Shown: positions 49,255 through 64,000, counted from the stretch's first letter. The stretch is 64,000 bases of DNA from Squalus acanthias (GCA_030390025.1 CM059432.1:44580001-44644000), one strand, 5' to 3'. Program-made: numbers and translations. The notes: a model not told the origin generated them from the sequence alone.

Positions 49255-50380
49255 GTGCAAAGTCATGGGGGTAAGGTACTGACTTGGATAGAGAACTGGT
49301 TGGCAGACAGGAAGCAAAGAGTTGGAATAAACGGGTCTTTTTCTGAGTGGCAGGCAGTGACTTGTGGGGTACCGCAGGGATCGGTGCTAGGACCCCAGCT
49401 ATTCACTATATATTAATGATCTAGACAAGGGAACTAGATGTAATATCTCCAAGTTTGCAGACGACACAAAGCTGGGTGGGCATGTGTGCTGTGAGGAGGA
49501 TGCAGAGAAACTCCAGTATGATTTGGACAGGTTGGGTGATTGGGCAGATGCAGTACAATGTGGATAAATGTGAGGTTATCCACTTTGGTGGCAAAAACAG
49601 GAAGGCAGCTTATTATCTGAACGGCAATAGATTGGGAAAAGGGGAAGTGCAACGAGACCTGGGTGTCCTTGTGCACCAGTCGCTGAAGGTAAGCATGCAG
49701 GTGCAGCAGGCGGTTAAGAAGGCAAATGGTATATTGGCCTTCATAGCGAGAGGATTCGAGTACAGGAGCAAGGATGTCTTGCTGCAGTTGTACAGGGCCT
49801 TGGTGAGACCACACCTTGAGTATTGTGTGCAGTTTTGGTCGCCTTATCTGAGGAAGGAAGTTCTTGCCATGGAGGGAGTGCAGCGAAGATTCACCAGACT
49901 GATACCTGGGATGGCAGGAATGACGTATGAGGAGAGATTGGGTCGATTAGGCTTATATTTGCTGGAGTTTAGAAGAATGAGAGGGGATGTCATTGAAACT
50001 TATAAAATTCTAACAGGACTAGACAGACTAGATGCAGGAAGGATGTTCCCAATGGCGGGGGAGTCCAGAACCAGGGGTCACAGTCTAAGGATAAGGGGTA
50101 AGCCATTTAGGACAGAGATGAGGAGGAATTTCTTCACCCAGAGAGTGGTGAACCTGTGGAATTCTCTGCCACAGAAGGCAGTTGAGGCCAATTCATTAAA
50201 TATATTCAAGAAGGAGATAGATATATTCCTTAAGGCTGAAGGGATCAAGGGATATGGGGAGAAAGCAGGGACAGGGTACTGGATTTGGATGATCAGCCAT
50301 GATCTCATTAAAGGACGGAGCAGGCTCGAGGGGCCGAATGGCCTACTCCTGCTCCTATCTTCTATGTTTCTATGTTTCTA
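49255..50380 (+). mobile_element. CR1 LINE 3' part, young
   Basis: ORF 49455-50381; tail TTCTATGTTTCTATGTTTCTA. Confidence 0.92.
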
Positions 50381-50679
50381 AAGTTTCTAACAATTGCAGA
50401 TTTTTAGAACTTTATTTTTAATGTTAGCAAAGAGTCGGCTAACGTGACAATTTAACTGATATTCGGATGTTGCTGAGAACTTTTTATTGGTCTGTCTGCA
50501 AAGAACACTTGTCTGGGCAGAAAATGACGTGAAAGTTGGCAGTATAATTTGGATCTGCCCATACAGGTATCATCTGAAAGCAGTACCTGTAGTTTAATAC
50601 CTTTATGCTTATAGTTATAATGCCAGTGACACTCACCAGTGGTTACACTTTACAGTAAAAGATGAAAATCCCACACTTC

Positions 50680-52048
50680 TAGTAACAACAGGCTGGTCAG
50701 TTTAACATCAGTGGTGGTTAAAGTTTTAGAAACAATAATCAAGGAAATAATTAACGGGCACTTGGAGAGGTTTAAGCTAATTAAGGAGAGCCAACACGGA
50801 TTTGTAAAAGGCAGATCGTGTTTGACTAATCCAATTGAATTTTTTAATGAAGGGAATGCAATGGATGTTGTCTACATGGATTTTCGGAAGGCGTTTGACA
50901 AAGTGCCACATAGAAGGCTGGTTAACAAAATTGAGGCTCATGAAATAGGTGAGTCAGTGGCAGCTTGGATAAGGAATTGGCTTAAGGACAGAAAACAGCG
51001 AGTTGTGGTAAATGGCTGTTTTTCAGACTGGAGGACGGTAGACAGTGGTGTTCCCCAAGGGTTAGTGCTGGGGGCCACTGCTTTTTTTGATGTATGTGAA
51101 TGACCTGGATATTGGAATAGAGTAGAATTTCTAAATTTGCTGATGACACCAAACTTGGGGGTGTGGCAAACAGTGATGATGATGCCAATCGACTGCAACA
51201 GGACATAGAAAGGCTAGCAGAATGGGCAGGCAAGTGGCAGATGGAATTTAATAGAGAAGTCTGAGGTGATGCATTTTGGCAGAAGGAACAGGGAGAGGCA
51301 ATATACACTTAATGGCACAGTTTTAAAGAGTGTGCAGGGGCAGAGGGACCTGGGAGTTAATTTGAATAGGTCCCTGAAGGTGGCAGGACATATTGAGAGA
51401 GTGGTTAACAAAGCATATGGGATCTTGGGTTTCATAAATAGAGGTATTGAGTACAAAAGTAGAGAAGTTATGCTGAACCTTTATAAAGCGCTGGTTAGGC
51501 CACAACTGGAGTATTGCATCCAGTTCTGGTCGCCACATTTTAGGAAGGATGTGAAGGCCCTTGAGAGGGTGCAGAGGAGATTTACCAGAATGGCTCCGGG
51601 GATGGGGGAATCTTAGCTACAAGGACAGGTTGGAGAAGCTGGATTTGTTTTCATTAGAGCAAAGGAGGTTGAGGGGTGATTTGATAAAGGTGTACAAGAT
51701 TATGACGGGTTTGGATAGGCTAGACGAGGAAAGGCTGTTCCTACTAGTTGATTGTATAAGGACTAGGGGACACATTTAAAGTTTTGGGCAAAATATACAG
51801 GGGGGAATATGAGGAAGAAATTTTTTACGCAGCGAGTGGTGATGACCTGGAACTCGCTGCCGACGGAAGAGGTGGAAGCGGACACACTCAATGTTTTCAA
51901 GGGGAGACTGGATAGGCACTTGAGGGAAATAAACATCAGGTTACGGGGATAGAGCGGGGGAATGGGACTGACTGGATTGCTCTACCGAGAGCCGGCACAG
52001 ACTTGATGGGCCGACTGGCCTCCTTCTGTGCCGTTATGACTATGACTT
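50680..52048 (+). mobile_element. CR1 LINE 3' part (same subfamily as 15834-16617)
   Basis: ORFs 50711-51103 and 51266-51616; tail TATGACTATGACT. Confidence 0.9.
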
Positions 52049-52509
52049 ACAGTATCCTAAATTTAAATTTCTGTGCATGCTGAGGGTTGCCAATCAGTCA
52101 TACAAAATGTGGATCTCCATGCCTATTGGGCCTGCATTGTACTCACGTTGAGACTAATGGGATACTGAAAGAGAACTGGGAGCAGTGGTACCTATAAATT
52201 GTCTTTATGTCTCTTCGTGTTCACAAAAAATGGCTACTTTTCCAATAGAGGAAACTGGAATAGCTCCTGAGGATTGATTAAGGATGAATATGGTATCAAT
52301 TTTTTTTTTAAAAGGGTATCGAGAGAACCTTGGAGCTACAGGCCACTGATCCTATTTGTAGTAGGTAAAGTGTTAGATGGCATTTTGAAGGAGGGAATAA
52401 TAAAGTACCTAGAGCAATGAGGACTAAGAGGGAGGCAGCATGCCTTTACGTGTTGGAAGTCATGTTTGACTAATTGTTTTAGCCTCAAGGAGATAACAGA
52501 CCTAGAGAG

Positions 52510-54255
52510 TTAAAAGAAAAAACTAATCAAAAAGGCTGTTGGAATGTTGGCTTTTATCTCCAGGGGGCTGGAAAACAAAAATGAGGAAGTGATGTTTCAG
52601 TTGTACGTAGCCTTGGTTAAACCCCATCTGGAGTACTGTGTTCAGTTTGGGCACTGAACCTTACAAAAGATATATTGGTCTTGGAGGGGGTGCATTGCAG
52701 TTTCACCAGAATGATACCAGGTCTTAATGGATTAAAATATAAGGACAGGTTGCATAAACTTGGTTTGTATTCCCTTGAGATTAGAAGGTTGAGGGTAATC
52801 TAATCAAGGTGTTTAAAATAGTGATCCAATAGAAAGAAAAAAAAGACTTGCATTTACATAGCGCCTTTCACGACCACTGGACGTCTCAAAGCGCTTTACA
52901 GCCAATGAAGTACTTTTGGAGTGTAGTCACTGTTGTAATGTAGGAAATTTACCTCCTCCCAAGGCCAATAGGGTAAGTACAAATAAACCATTTCATCTGG
53001 TGGGAGCATCCAGAACAAGGGGCATATTCTTTAAAATTAGAGCTATGCCACTTTTTCCACACAAAGGACAGTGGAAATCTGGAACTCTTTCCCATAAAAG
53101 GCTGTGAATGCTGAGGCAATTGAAATTTAAGACTATTATAGATTTTTGTTGGGTAAGTTGTTGGGGCCTCAACTATTTACAATCTATATTAATGACTTGG
53201 ATGAAGGAAGTGAGTGTATTGTAGCCAAATTTGCTGATACAAAGATAGGTGGGAAAGCAAGTTGTGAAGAGGACACACAGAATCTGCAAAGAGATATAGA
53301 CAGGCTAAGTGAGTGGGCAAACATTTGGCAGATGGAGTATAATGTGGTAAAGTGTGAGGTTATCCACTCTGGTAGGAAAAATAAAAAAGCAAATTATTAT
53401 TTAAATGGAGAAAGATTACAAAATGCTGCAGTACAGAGGGACCTGAGGGTCCTCGTGCATGTGAAACAAGTTAGCATGCAGGTACAGCAAGTAATCAGGA
53501 AGGCAAATGGAATGTTGGCCTTTATTGCAAGGGGGTTGGAGTAAAAAGCAGGGAAGTCCTGCTACAACTGTACAGGGCGCTAGTGAGACCACACCTAGAG
53601 TACTGCATACAGTTTTGGTCCCCTTATTTAAGGAGGGATATACTTGCATTGGAGGCAGTTCAGAGAAGGTTCACGAGGTTGATTGCTGAGATGAAGGCGT
53701 TGACTTATGAAGAAAGGTTGAGTAGGTTGGGCCTATACTCATTGGAGTTTAGAAGAATGAGGTGTGATCTTATTGAAACATAAGGTACTTGACAAGGTAG
53801 ATGCAGAGAAGATGTTTCCCCTCATGGGGGAATCTGGAACTAGGGGGCTCAGTTTCAGAATAAGGGGTCGCCCATTTAAAACTGAGATGAGGAGGAATTT
53901 CTTCTGAGGGTTGTAAATCTGTGGAATTCTCTGCCGTGGAGGCTGGGTCATTGAATATATTTAAGGTGGAGATAGACAGATTTTTGAACAATAAGGGAGT
54001 GAAGGGTTATGGGGAGCGGACAGGGAAATGGAGCTGAGCCCAAGATCAGATCAGCCATAATCTCATTAAATGGCAGAGCAGGCCCAAGGGGCCAAATGGC
54101 CTACTCCTGCTCCTATTTCTTATGTTCTAAGGGAATTAAGGGATGTGGCACAAAGGCGGGTAAATGGAGTTGAGGTACAGATCAGCCATGAGCTAATTTA
54201 ATGGTGGAATAGGCTCTTGGGGCCAAATGGCCTACTCCTGTTCCTATATTCTTAG
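52510..54255 (+). mobile_element. Nested CR1 fragments: 53155-54129 inside an older CR1 3' end, plus a DeuSINE tail
   Basis: LGPQLFTIYINDLD..KFADTK; two consecutive CR1 3' UTRs at about 54000-54129 and 54130-54255. Confidence 0.8.
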
Positions 54256-56211
54256 AATAAGGGGTACTTTATGGATATTGTGTTTAGATTTTAGCAATGT
54301 TTTTGACAGTGCTCTACAGGAAATTAGTCCAAAAGGTCAGAGCCAACGATGGTGAGAGCTAGCAGAAAGTGGCTGTCAGGATGCAAAGGGTAGTTGTTCA
54401 TGGAGCTGCACCCGAATGGATGATGATGATTACTGGAATGTTTCAGTGACACATTGTTTGTGTTCATAAATGATTTGGAAGTGGGGAGAGAAACACAATT
54501 ATCTAGGTTTGCTGCTATGAAGCCCATGTGGGTGAGTAATGCAAACACCCAGGAATGAGCAGATCAAATACTAAGGGATCTGCATAGATTGGGGATTAGG
54601 CTGGCAAGAGGCAGATGTAACTTAATAGGAACGAATGTAAGTTGAGACTGGGAAGGAGGACAGGCAATGGAAGTGTAAGCTGAACAGTGATGGAATGTAG
54701 AACACGACATAGGAAAGGGATTTGAGTGCTGCTGGCTAGCTTGTTGAAATTATTTGTTTCGTATGTAACTGCAGTAAAGAAGCCAAATTTAATCTTGGGT
54801 TGTTTAGCCTGAAGAATGCAATACAAGCCCCAAAGACGGTACTAGTTCGATTTCTCCAGGGATACTCTATATAGTTCACAACAATGTACTACAGTAGGGG
54901 CATCCTGGTTGTGGAGAAAGTACAGAGGAGTGCAACAAAGCTGATGATTAGGGTTTAAGCACATGAGCTGAAAGGAGAGACGTAGGAAGAAATTGGCTAT
55001 ATTTGCACTAGAGAAAAGAAAGCTAAGGGGACATTTATTGTAGTTTTAAGATTATAGGGAGTTTTGGTACACTGAACCTAATACATTGTTTGTGCCACAG
55101 ACTGTAACCAGAGAACACATACTGGATCTTGGAAGAGGAAAGGTGAACCGACCGCTCGTATTTAACTATCCTATAGAAGGTGGTCAGTTTGTGAAACAGA
55201 CGGCCCAGAGAAATAGTGGAATTAGATGGTGTTGGCAGATTCAAGAGGATGCAGGGTAGTTTTATTTTGGCAAAATAAACAATTAAGGCATATAAGACAG
55301 TTCAGTGTGGATTTTTTCTAACTTTTAAGCTCAGCCAGATGGACTGCAATGGCCATTCCAATATTCTGCTTCTGCAGCATCAAAGTGGTAAAATAAAAAA
55401 ACAGCACGAGGAAGCTTTCTTTTCATTGTAAAGCAGAAAGAGGTCAAACCTTTTAAATTACTTAAGTCTCTGACATGTAGTCGCAAAGTAGCTTGGTTGT
55501 CACTGCAAACAATAGCAACATCATTTACAGCTGTCCCACAAAAAAAGCTTGGTAGGAGTTATAAATGAAGAGAAAAATGTTTTGTAGGCCAAGTTTGAAG
55601 CAGTCATTCCTACAAAAAATGGGTATCAGCAGTACTTGAATCATACATTCCTTTTTTTATTACTTGGCATGGAGTCTAATCTGCTCTGTGGACATCTTGA
55701 ATATGCACTGTGTGCTGCTCTGTGATGTGCTGTTGCATTAAAATGAGTTGTATTTTCAGTCAGATCCTGAAACTGAACACTTGAGTGCAAGTTTGCAAAC
55801 GGTGAATATCTTCCAGCAAAACACAAAACAATCCTACAGGGAGCAGTGATTTACAAAACAGCTTGATGAGAACAGGTGTCAAGTACCTGGGGATTAATGT
55901 AAACTGCATATAGAAGAAATTGAACCTATGACTTACGCTCTTAAGGTGGAAAGATGGTTTTTCGGCCTCCATCTTTGTCAGACTGGATAAACTTTTGAAT
56001 CTCAATATTATGTGTTTATCTTTAAAATTATGTAGAGTTGAATGATCCCAATGTATGTTTATTTTGGAAATTTACTAATCTGTTCAGTGACTTTATAAGA
56101 AACAAAGGTAAAGCATGGATTTGCATTGTGAAGTTTAAAAGTAAAAGCTATTGGAGCCTAGCACTAAAGTGTACCGTAGACTTCAATATAAAGCAATATT
56201 GTAGTGTATAC

Positions 56212-56433
56212 AAAAGCAAAATACTGCTGATGGAAATATGAAACAGAGAAAATGCTGGAAATACTCAGCAGGTCAGGCAGCATCTGTGGAGAGAGAAACC
56301 ATTAACATTTCAGGTTGATGACTTTATCACTTATTACCTAAAAGCTCTGACAAAAGGTCATCGACCTGAAGTGTTAACACTTTCTCTCCACAGCTGCTGC
56401 CTCACCTGCTGAGTATTTCCAACATTTTCTTAG
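56212..56433. mobile_element. Family A Penelope-like hairpin, decayed
   Basis: Inverted arms; 12-bp TSD TGTAGTGTATAC at 56200-56211 and 56434-56445; hammerhead cores mutated. Confidence 0.8.
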
Positions 56434-57141
56434 TGTAGTGTATACTCACATTCGTTGTTTTTCCTCTGAAATGGATTACCCATCTCTTATCCATATTAAA
56501 TTGCACCTTCCACCTGCTCGCTCATTTTGATAACCTTCCAATAGCTTCATTTACCCCTAGGCCTTTTATAGTTCTCCTCACTGCTAGGTGTTTGAGGACA
56601 TGGGCAAAATTCTGCAAATTCCAAAACCAGTGGTTAGCATAGTATACAACCTTGATTTCAAAGAAGGGCTCTGATCTTTCAGAGGGGAGGATGAAAAAGG
56701 AGCTGATTATTGGTATAGGAGAGGATACTTGCAAAACAGTTTAAAAGAATATAAGCTGAAGTGTGCAGCAATGCCAGGTTGAATTTCCTTCCCTGGACAG
56801 TAGTGAACCCAGCATTTCCAGCACCAAAAGGTTAGAGAGAGGTTGAACAAATGAGTAAAATTACCAAAATGCTCCTGCAAAGGGGAGGTACATATGTTAA
56901 TTTGCTTCAGGACCAAACGGTCTTGAGAGATGCCTGCAGTATGTTGCAACTGGGAGAGATTTTTTCTTTTTAAATTAGAACTTGCACAGGGAATACTGCT
57001 AGTTAAACCCAAACTCAACAGAAATGGGAGAAAAACTCAAGTCAATGCTACTTGCATATTGCAAGGTTGGAAAAGTAGTGGCTCCATTGGACTTGGTGAT
57101 CGAGTAACTTGTTGGATGCAGTTTGTGTGGCTAAAATAATA

Positions 57142-57488
57142 CAGGAAACTCTTTCGTATCTGGGACCGGGATGGTGCCGGTTGATTAAAAATTCCGGATA
57201 ACGGCGAGGTATATCTACCGAGGCTATTTTTAACAAACAAAAATAAAAAAATCAAGAAATGTGCAGTATAATTGGGTACTCCCCTACAGAATGTTGTGTT
57301 AAATGGATGGTGGAAGATGCTTGATTAAGTACAGTAATGCCAGTTGAGAGTAATCCATAACTCTTTAATTACTTAACAGTAAAACAAAACTTATAAACGA
57401 CTGTATACTGTAGTTTTCGGAGTATGAATTCTGCCGGTTATTAGAGGAATTCCGGATATTTAGGTTCCGTTTTAACGAGAGTTTCCTG
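57142..57488. mobile_element. Tigger-type MITE related to 48039-48402
   Basis: TA-CAGGAAACTCT...AGAGTTTCCTG-TA. Confidence 0.8.
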
Positions 57489-59114
57489 TACAGGGCTGCC
57501 AGAATAAGTAAGATGCTTGGTTAATGGTAGTTAAACGGGAATAGAGAATGGGAAGATCTAATTGGAATGAAGAAAAATAATTTAGTTGGGGGATAATGGG
57601 AGCTGTGGGATGTGTTATACTGTCTATGCTTACTTTAAGGTTTCTTAATTCAAATTCTGTTGATTTGAATTTTTTGAGCATTAAATGCTTCCTGAGGTGT
57701 TTTATCTACATTGCTTAATTCAACATTTTTGACACTCCTCATTTATTTTGATGAAAAGGCAACTCTGATTTAACAGGTGTTGACGGTATTGCTGTAATTA
57801 GAGTAATAGAGACTTGGTTAAATCAAGACATTGTCTGCAAGATTAGAATGGTATTCATTTGGCACCGAATTGTATAAATTTTACAGAAGTGATGGGTACA
57901 TTAGTGGTGGGGGGGGGGTTAATATAGATGTGGTTATTTTTGCATTAATAGGAAGAAATTATATATTTTTGACTGACCGAAGAAATGGCTTGAATTCAAG
58001 TTGAATATGAAAAAGGGAAAGACTTTTGTTTAGATTTTCTTGATCTGCTATATAAGAAGAATGAATAAATTGGCAAGTGTTTTTGCAGAAATGGGAGGTC
58101 TGTAAAAATACCAAAACTTTGATCTTGAGACTTTATATTATTGACTGGGCTGTTGGAAAAACTAATGAATAAATTTTTTGGGGGCCTGGAATAGGGTGCT
58201 GGATAGAAAAGTCACTCAAAAACAGGACGCAGAGGATACCCATATGTGGAAACCTTTCAAGCTGCCAAGGAATTACAAATGGGGTACAGCTAGGGTTGGC
58301 TTTTGAACCCCATTAAATATAAATTACTTCAATAAGGATATTGATAGCAGGATCTCCAAGTTTGCAAAGATAACTAAACTTGAAGGCAGAGTAAATAATA
58401 AGCAATGTAAAAGGTTGAAAAGGATTTGAATGTTCTAGGAAACTGGGCCAGTGGATGGCAAATGCAGTTCAGTGTAGACACATGTTAACTAACAGTATGG
58501 AAGTGTGGAACCAGAACCAGGAATATGTATTTAATTGCCATGCAGCATCTGATTAGGAAAGAATCTGATTTTGTCTTTTTAGGAAAAAATTATCTGTTAG
58601 CCCAGTATGTGGCTGCAGTGAATAAGGCAAACTGGTTGAATTAGCATTGGGATACAATGCCAATGAAGAGGTGGTTACTTTATAAAACACTGGCTAGACT
58701 TTATCCACTGTGTTGTGTGTAGTATTGGCCACCAAACTTTGGAAATATATTAAGGATGCTTTTTCTCTTGATATTGTTGGCGTCAAAGATGCTCCCAAGT
58801 CTCAGGCAGCTAAATTGAGAATTGGTTAAGGAAGTTAGGCTTGTTTTCAAAGGAACGAGGAGCTATAATTTTTCAAAAATTATAAAGAAATGGCTAAAGT
58901 TGAAACTTGCCAAAGGGACTGCAAACTGAGGAATATTATTTAGAAATTAGGAGTATCTGTAGTATTCGCGCAGGACTATATTACCTAAAGGATGATAGCA
59001 GCTCAAATTGTAAGGCGTGGGAATTGATGCAATTGGTATAAACCCATTCAAGAGACGCATGTGTTTATGGAGAAAGAAGGAAATGATGAGTGTGTGGGCT
59101 GAGATCAACCAAAA

Positions 59115-60985
59115 TAGAGTCAGAGTTATACAGCACAGAAAGAGGCCCTTTGGCCCATCGCGTCCGCGCCGGCCATCAAGCCCTGTCTATTCTAATCCCA
59201 TTTTCCAGCACTTGGTCCGTAGCCTTGTATGCTATGGCGTTTCAAGTGCTCATCTAAATGCTGCTTGAATGTTGTGAGGGTTCCTGCCTCTACCACCCTT
59301 TCAGGCAGTGACTTCCAGATTCCAACCACCCTCTGGGTGAAAAAGTTTTTCCTCAAATCCCCTCTAAACCTCCTGCCCCTTACCTTGAAACTATGTCCCC
59401 TGGTTATTGACCCCTCTACTAAGGGGAAAAGTTCCTTTCTATCTACCCTAGCTATGCCCCTCATAATTTTGTACACCTCAATCAGGTCCCGCCTCAGCCT
59501 TCTCTGCTCTAAGGAAAACAATCCCAGCCTGTCCAGTTTCTCTTCATAGCTGAAACGCTCCAGCCCAGGTAACATCCTGGTAAGTCTCCTCTGCACCCTC
59601 TCCAATGCAATCACATCCTTCCTATAGTGTGGCGACCAGAACTGCACACAGTATTCCAGCTGTGGCCTAACTAGCGTTTTGTACAGCTCCATCATAACCT
59701 CCCTGCTCTTGCCTTCATTAGCCGAGGCATAGAATATAAGTATCCCATATGCCTTTTTAACCACCTTATCTACCTGTCCTGCTGCCTTCGGGGATCTATG
59801 TACATGCACACCAAGGATCCTCTGTCCTTCCTAGGGTCGTACCATTCATTGTGTATTCCCTAGCCTTGTTAGTCCTCCCAAAATGCATCATCTCACTTTT
59901 CAGGGTTAAATTCCATTTGCTACTGTTCTGCCCATCTAACCAACCCGTCTATATTGTCCTGTAGCCTGAGGCTTCCCTCCTCGCTATTTACCAGTCCACC
60001 AATTTTCGTGTCATCTGTGAACTTACTGATCATACCTCCTACATTCATATCTAAATCATTAATGTACATTACAAACAGCAAAGGACCCAGCACCGATCCC
60101 TGCGGTACACCACTGGACACAGGCTTCCAGTCACAAAAACAACCTTCGACCATCACCCTCTGCCTCCTGCCACTAAGCCAATTTTGGATCCAATGTGCCA
60201 AGTTGCCCTGGATCCCATGGGCTCTTACCTTCTTGACCAGTCTCCCATGCAGGACTTTGTCAAAAGCCTTGCTGAAGTCCATGTAGACCACATAAACTGC
60301 ACTACCCTCATCCACACACCTAGTCACCCCCTCTCAAAATTCAATCAAATTGGTTAGATATGATCTCCCCCTGACAAAGCCATGCTGACTATCCTTGATT
60401 AATCCTTATCTCTCCAAGTGGAGACTAATTCTGTCCCTTAGAATTTTTTCCAGTAATTTCCCTACCACTGATGTTAGGCTCATTGGCCTGTAATTCCCTG
60501 GTTTATCCCTACTACCCTTCTTGACTAATGGTACTATGTTAGCTGTCCTCCAGTCCTCTGGCACCTCCCCTGTGGCCAGAGAGGTTCTGAAAATTTGTGT
60601 CAGAGCCCCTGCAATCTCCTCCCTTACTTCACACAGCAGCCTGGGATACATCTCGTCTGGGCCTGGGGATTTATCCACTTTTAAGCCCGCTAAAACCGCT
60701 AGTACCTCCTCCCTCAATACTAATTTGTTCAAGTATATCACAATCCCCCTGCCTGATTTCTATGCCTACATCGTCCTTCTCCATAGTGAACACAGATGCA
60801 AAATATTCATTTAAAACCTCACCCACATCTTCCGGCTCTCCACACAGATTGCCACTTTGGTCCCGAATGGACCCTACTCTTTCCCTGGTTATCCTCTTGC
60901 CCTTAATATACTTATGAAACACCTTGGGATTTTCCTTTATTTTGCCCGCCAGTGTTTTTTCATGCCCCCTCTTCGCTCTCCTAAT
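59115..60985 (-). mobile_element. CR1 LINE, 5'-truncated
   Basis: ORFs 60922-60671, 60741-60406, 60327-59920 (KFTDD) and 59809-59192. Confidence 0.92.
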
Positions 60986-62049
60986 TTGAGCTGGGCTTGC
61001 TGGATAAAATGGTCTTTACCTGGCATTTCCTATGTTTCTGCATCCTGAAGGTAATGGAGCTAAATCACGCATACTACTGAAGTGACTTGGGTATTCTGAT
61101 ATCACTAAGTTTTTTTTTTCCAATTAAGAATATACAACTAAATCTAAAAAATCAATCAAGAATAAAAGTGAGAAGTCGTGTCTGGTTGAATAGGATCTTT
61201 ATGCTGTGAGGATCCACAACAGTTTTGATGTATGGCTGTTGTACACACAAACTGCTCAGGAAATTTGAAGGGACCTTTTAGATAGCAAAGTGCATTATGA
61301 AAAAGCAGTGAATCTGCTGCTGCTTAAACTGATAATTTTGAGAAAATTATGAGAAAACAAAATCCAATGTCTGCAAAGGATAAGTGTTCATTGTTATTTC
61401 TAAGAATTCATTTCAATTTATTTTAAAATGCGCTAGTCTTTTTTAAACTGTTACAAGAAAATTGAAAACGTGGCATTTCTGGCCAAGTTTTGTGTGCATT
61501 TGGAGCCTCCATGTAACTCTACAGAATGGAACTGTTGATTCCCGTAGTCTGAAAATACTATTTTTGTAAACTTTCCAAATTGGCATCTGATGGAAGAGCT
61601 GTATACTTAAATTTTTCCCCAACTTAACATTTTTTAAACTAATGGTATTGGTGGAATGCTTACCCATGGCTATTTTTCCAGCAGGGTCTACATTTTAACA
61701 ACTTTATTACTTTTTAAGTTACTGTGATGTGCAAAAATGTAGCTGGGGTAGCCTAGTTGATTTGTGATGCTGATCCTGGAAATGCTGGGCAACGATGACG
61801 TCAATTTAATGCAAAATTTACTATAATTACTTATCCAGGAAGAAACACCTGGCAATCTATTAATTAAATTACAGTGTCTAGGAACATTTAAGTTTTCGAG
61901 AGATGCTTGTGTTCAGACACTAGTTCTGTCAAACATATAATCTAACTGTATGAATTGGTTAAATTTAGTATCTAAGTTTTATTATAAAGTACAATTAGTA
62001 CATGCTTTAACCCTGCTATATTTTATTCTGCCCCATTTTTGCTGCAATG

Positions 62050-62290
62050 CAGATGGTTCAAAGCAAGTGTGGCAACCCAGAGGTTGTGAGTTCAAATCCC
62101 ACCATGTCAGTTGTAAAATTGAGTTCAATAAATCTGTAATTTGTGGACTGGCACCTTGAAAATGATCATCAAATAATCATCAAAGCTGCCAAATTGTTGT
62201 AAAAATATCACTGGTCCGTCGGGAAAGCGAGCATCACCCCCCCCCACCTTCACCTTAGTCTGGTCTACATGTGACTCCAGTTCCACATTA
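62050..62290 (+). mobile_element. Decayed tRNA-headed SINE or LINE 5' fragment related to 14450-14705
   Basis: GTGAGTTCAAATCCCACCA and TCTGGTCTACATGTGACTCCAG shared with the LINE head. Confidence 0.6.
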
Positions 62291-62291
62291 T

Positions 62292-64000
62292 GGTCACAAT
62301 TTTGCTGGCGCTCAGAGGGCGGGCTTGGAGGCGGGAGAGTCAGTTAAGGCTTGTTAACTACCTGTTTAATGCTATTTTGAGGGTTTTAAAATTTTGCCAC
62401 ATTTTCACCGTGTTCCACGACGTTGGACAAACACGCCAGCTGTTGTGTCGGGTTTTCCAACAAGCTGAATAGTTCACAACTGCAACATTAAAGCTAACCT
62501 GCCACATCAGTTTAATTTCAAAAGCCAGAAGCTTCTGATTTCAGGATTTGGAAGACATATTTCAGGTGTATTGAGGTTGTAAGTGTGTGTTGTGAGATCT
62601 ATATGCACTGTGACCTTGGAATAACACCTCTCCACATTGACTCAGTGCTTATAACATCTCATCCTCAAGTGACATATATACCAGCAGAATGGGAACCATT
62701 TATACTCTCTCATCCTGGTCCTCCGATTCGGAGGACGAGCAGCAGCAGAACCAGGCAGACCAGCAGCACTGACAACAAGACCACCCATCTTCTCCTGAGC
62801 CACCTGATGCTGCACAGGGCAGAGGCCGTCAGCGCAGGGCTGCACTGCGCCGCAGGAGATACCCCCAACACAGGGTTTACAGGCAGAGGATGAACTTCCT
62901 CAATATGACTGAGCAGCACTGCCAAAGGAGGCTGAGACTTTCGCGAGAGGTAGTCGCAGACATCTGCACAATGCTCCACCAAGATCTGCAGCCCAGAGGA
63001 GCGGGTGGACACTCCTTACCAGTAGCTGTCAAAGTTACCACCGCCCTCAACTTCTCTGCGTTAGGGTCCTTCCAGGGATCATCTGCAGACATTAGCGGCA
63101 TTTCCCAGTCGGCCGCACACAGATGCATAACGCAGGTTTGGCAAGTCGGCCAATTGCATCCACTTCTCAATGGATGAAGCAAGTGTTAACTCGCGGGCGG
63201 TTGGGTTTGCCAATATGGCAGGCTTCCCAAGGGTGCAGGGCATCATCGACTGCACACGTGGCCATCAGGGCACCCCATCACAACCCAGCTGTATTTGTGA
63301 ACCGCAAGGGCTTCCACTCCCTTAACATGCAGCTGGTGTGTAACCACAGGAAGAACATTATACATGTGTGTGCAAAGTTTCCTGGCAGCTGCAATGACTC
63401 GTACATCCTGTGGCAGTCCACTGTGCCTCAGTTCTTCAATCCGCCAACCCAACTTTCCGGATGGCTACTTGGAGCTTAGGGCTATCCCCTGAAGATGTGG
63501 CTAATGACACCGATGAGGCCATCAAACGAAGCTGAGGAGTGTTAGAGTCACATTTCTACCAGAAGCATCATAGAGCAAACCATAGGCTTGCGCAAAATGC
63601 GCTTCAGATGCCTGGACAGATCAAGTGGAGCCCTACAGTACACACCAGTCAGGGTGTCTAGAATCATCGTGTTGTGCAGGGCACAGCAGACCATCACACT
63701 GCAGCGTGGCTTACCGCTGCCTGAGGAACAAGTGGCACAGCCTCCTCTAGGAGGAGGAAGAGGCCGAATGAACACCTGGCGGAGGGGGCTGTCCCAGTGC
63801 TACCAGCATGTGACCTCATTGCTGGCCGTGAGGCAAGGACTGGACTAATCCATGCCAGATTCGTGTAACTTTATGCTGCACATACATCTGGCTGGCACAT
63901 ACACGAGGGTTGGCAGGACCTCCATTCCACACACTACAGCATCTGAACAATGAACTGTGCATTCCTATCACGCTCCCTGCCATCACTACAGATGAAAGGC
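62292..64000 (+). mobile_element. Harbinger transposon left part with frameshifted transposase (about 62890-63870); runs off the window
   Basis: Left end [66 protein letters not shown]; close paralog of 29735-34040 without the RTE insert. Confidence 0.88.

Noticed and set aside
54260..59050. Possible TMEM64 exon 2 or other host exons
   Set aside because: Only very decayed CR1-like remnants and short TEs recognised; no TMEM64-like peptide seen, though a small exon could have been missed by eye

Overview
Vertebrate genomic DNA, inferred to be cartilaginous fish (shark-like) from its repeat content: CR1 LINEs with (TTTCTATG)n-type tails, DeuSINEs and Penelope-type hairpins. The only host gene I can support is TMEM64 (+ strand): a CpG-island promoter at about 43.5-44.1 kb, coding exon 1 at 44287-44988, then an intron of more than 19 kb that runs off the window. 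Most of the rest is nested transposable elements. These are many CR1 LINEs (one nearly intact), an L2 fragment, a young RTE LINE, a CR1-group LINE with a tRNA-like Pol III head, DeuSINEs, pogo/Tigger-type MITEs, a probable solo LTR, and a dense PIF/Harbinger network (transposase, convergent spliced Myb/SANT gene, deletion derivatives and MITEs with 3-bp TSDs). The most notable signal is five short TSD-flanked palindromic inserts from two families that carry minimal type I hammerhead-ribozyme motifs. One has an intact-looking motif on both strands of a 187-bp-arm hairpin. All family assignments come from reading motifs by eye; no database search was run.
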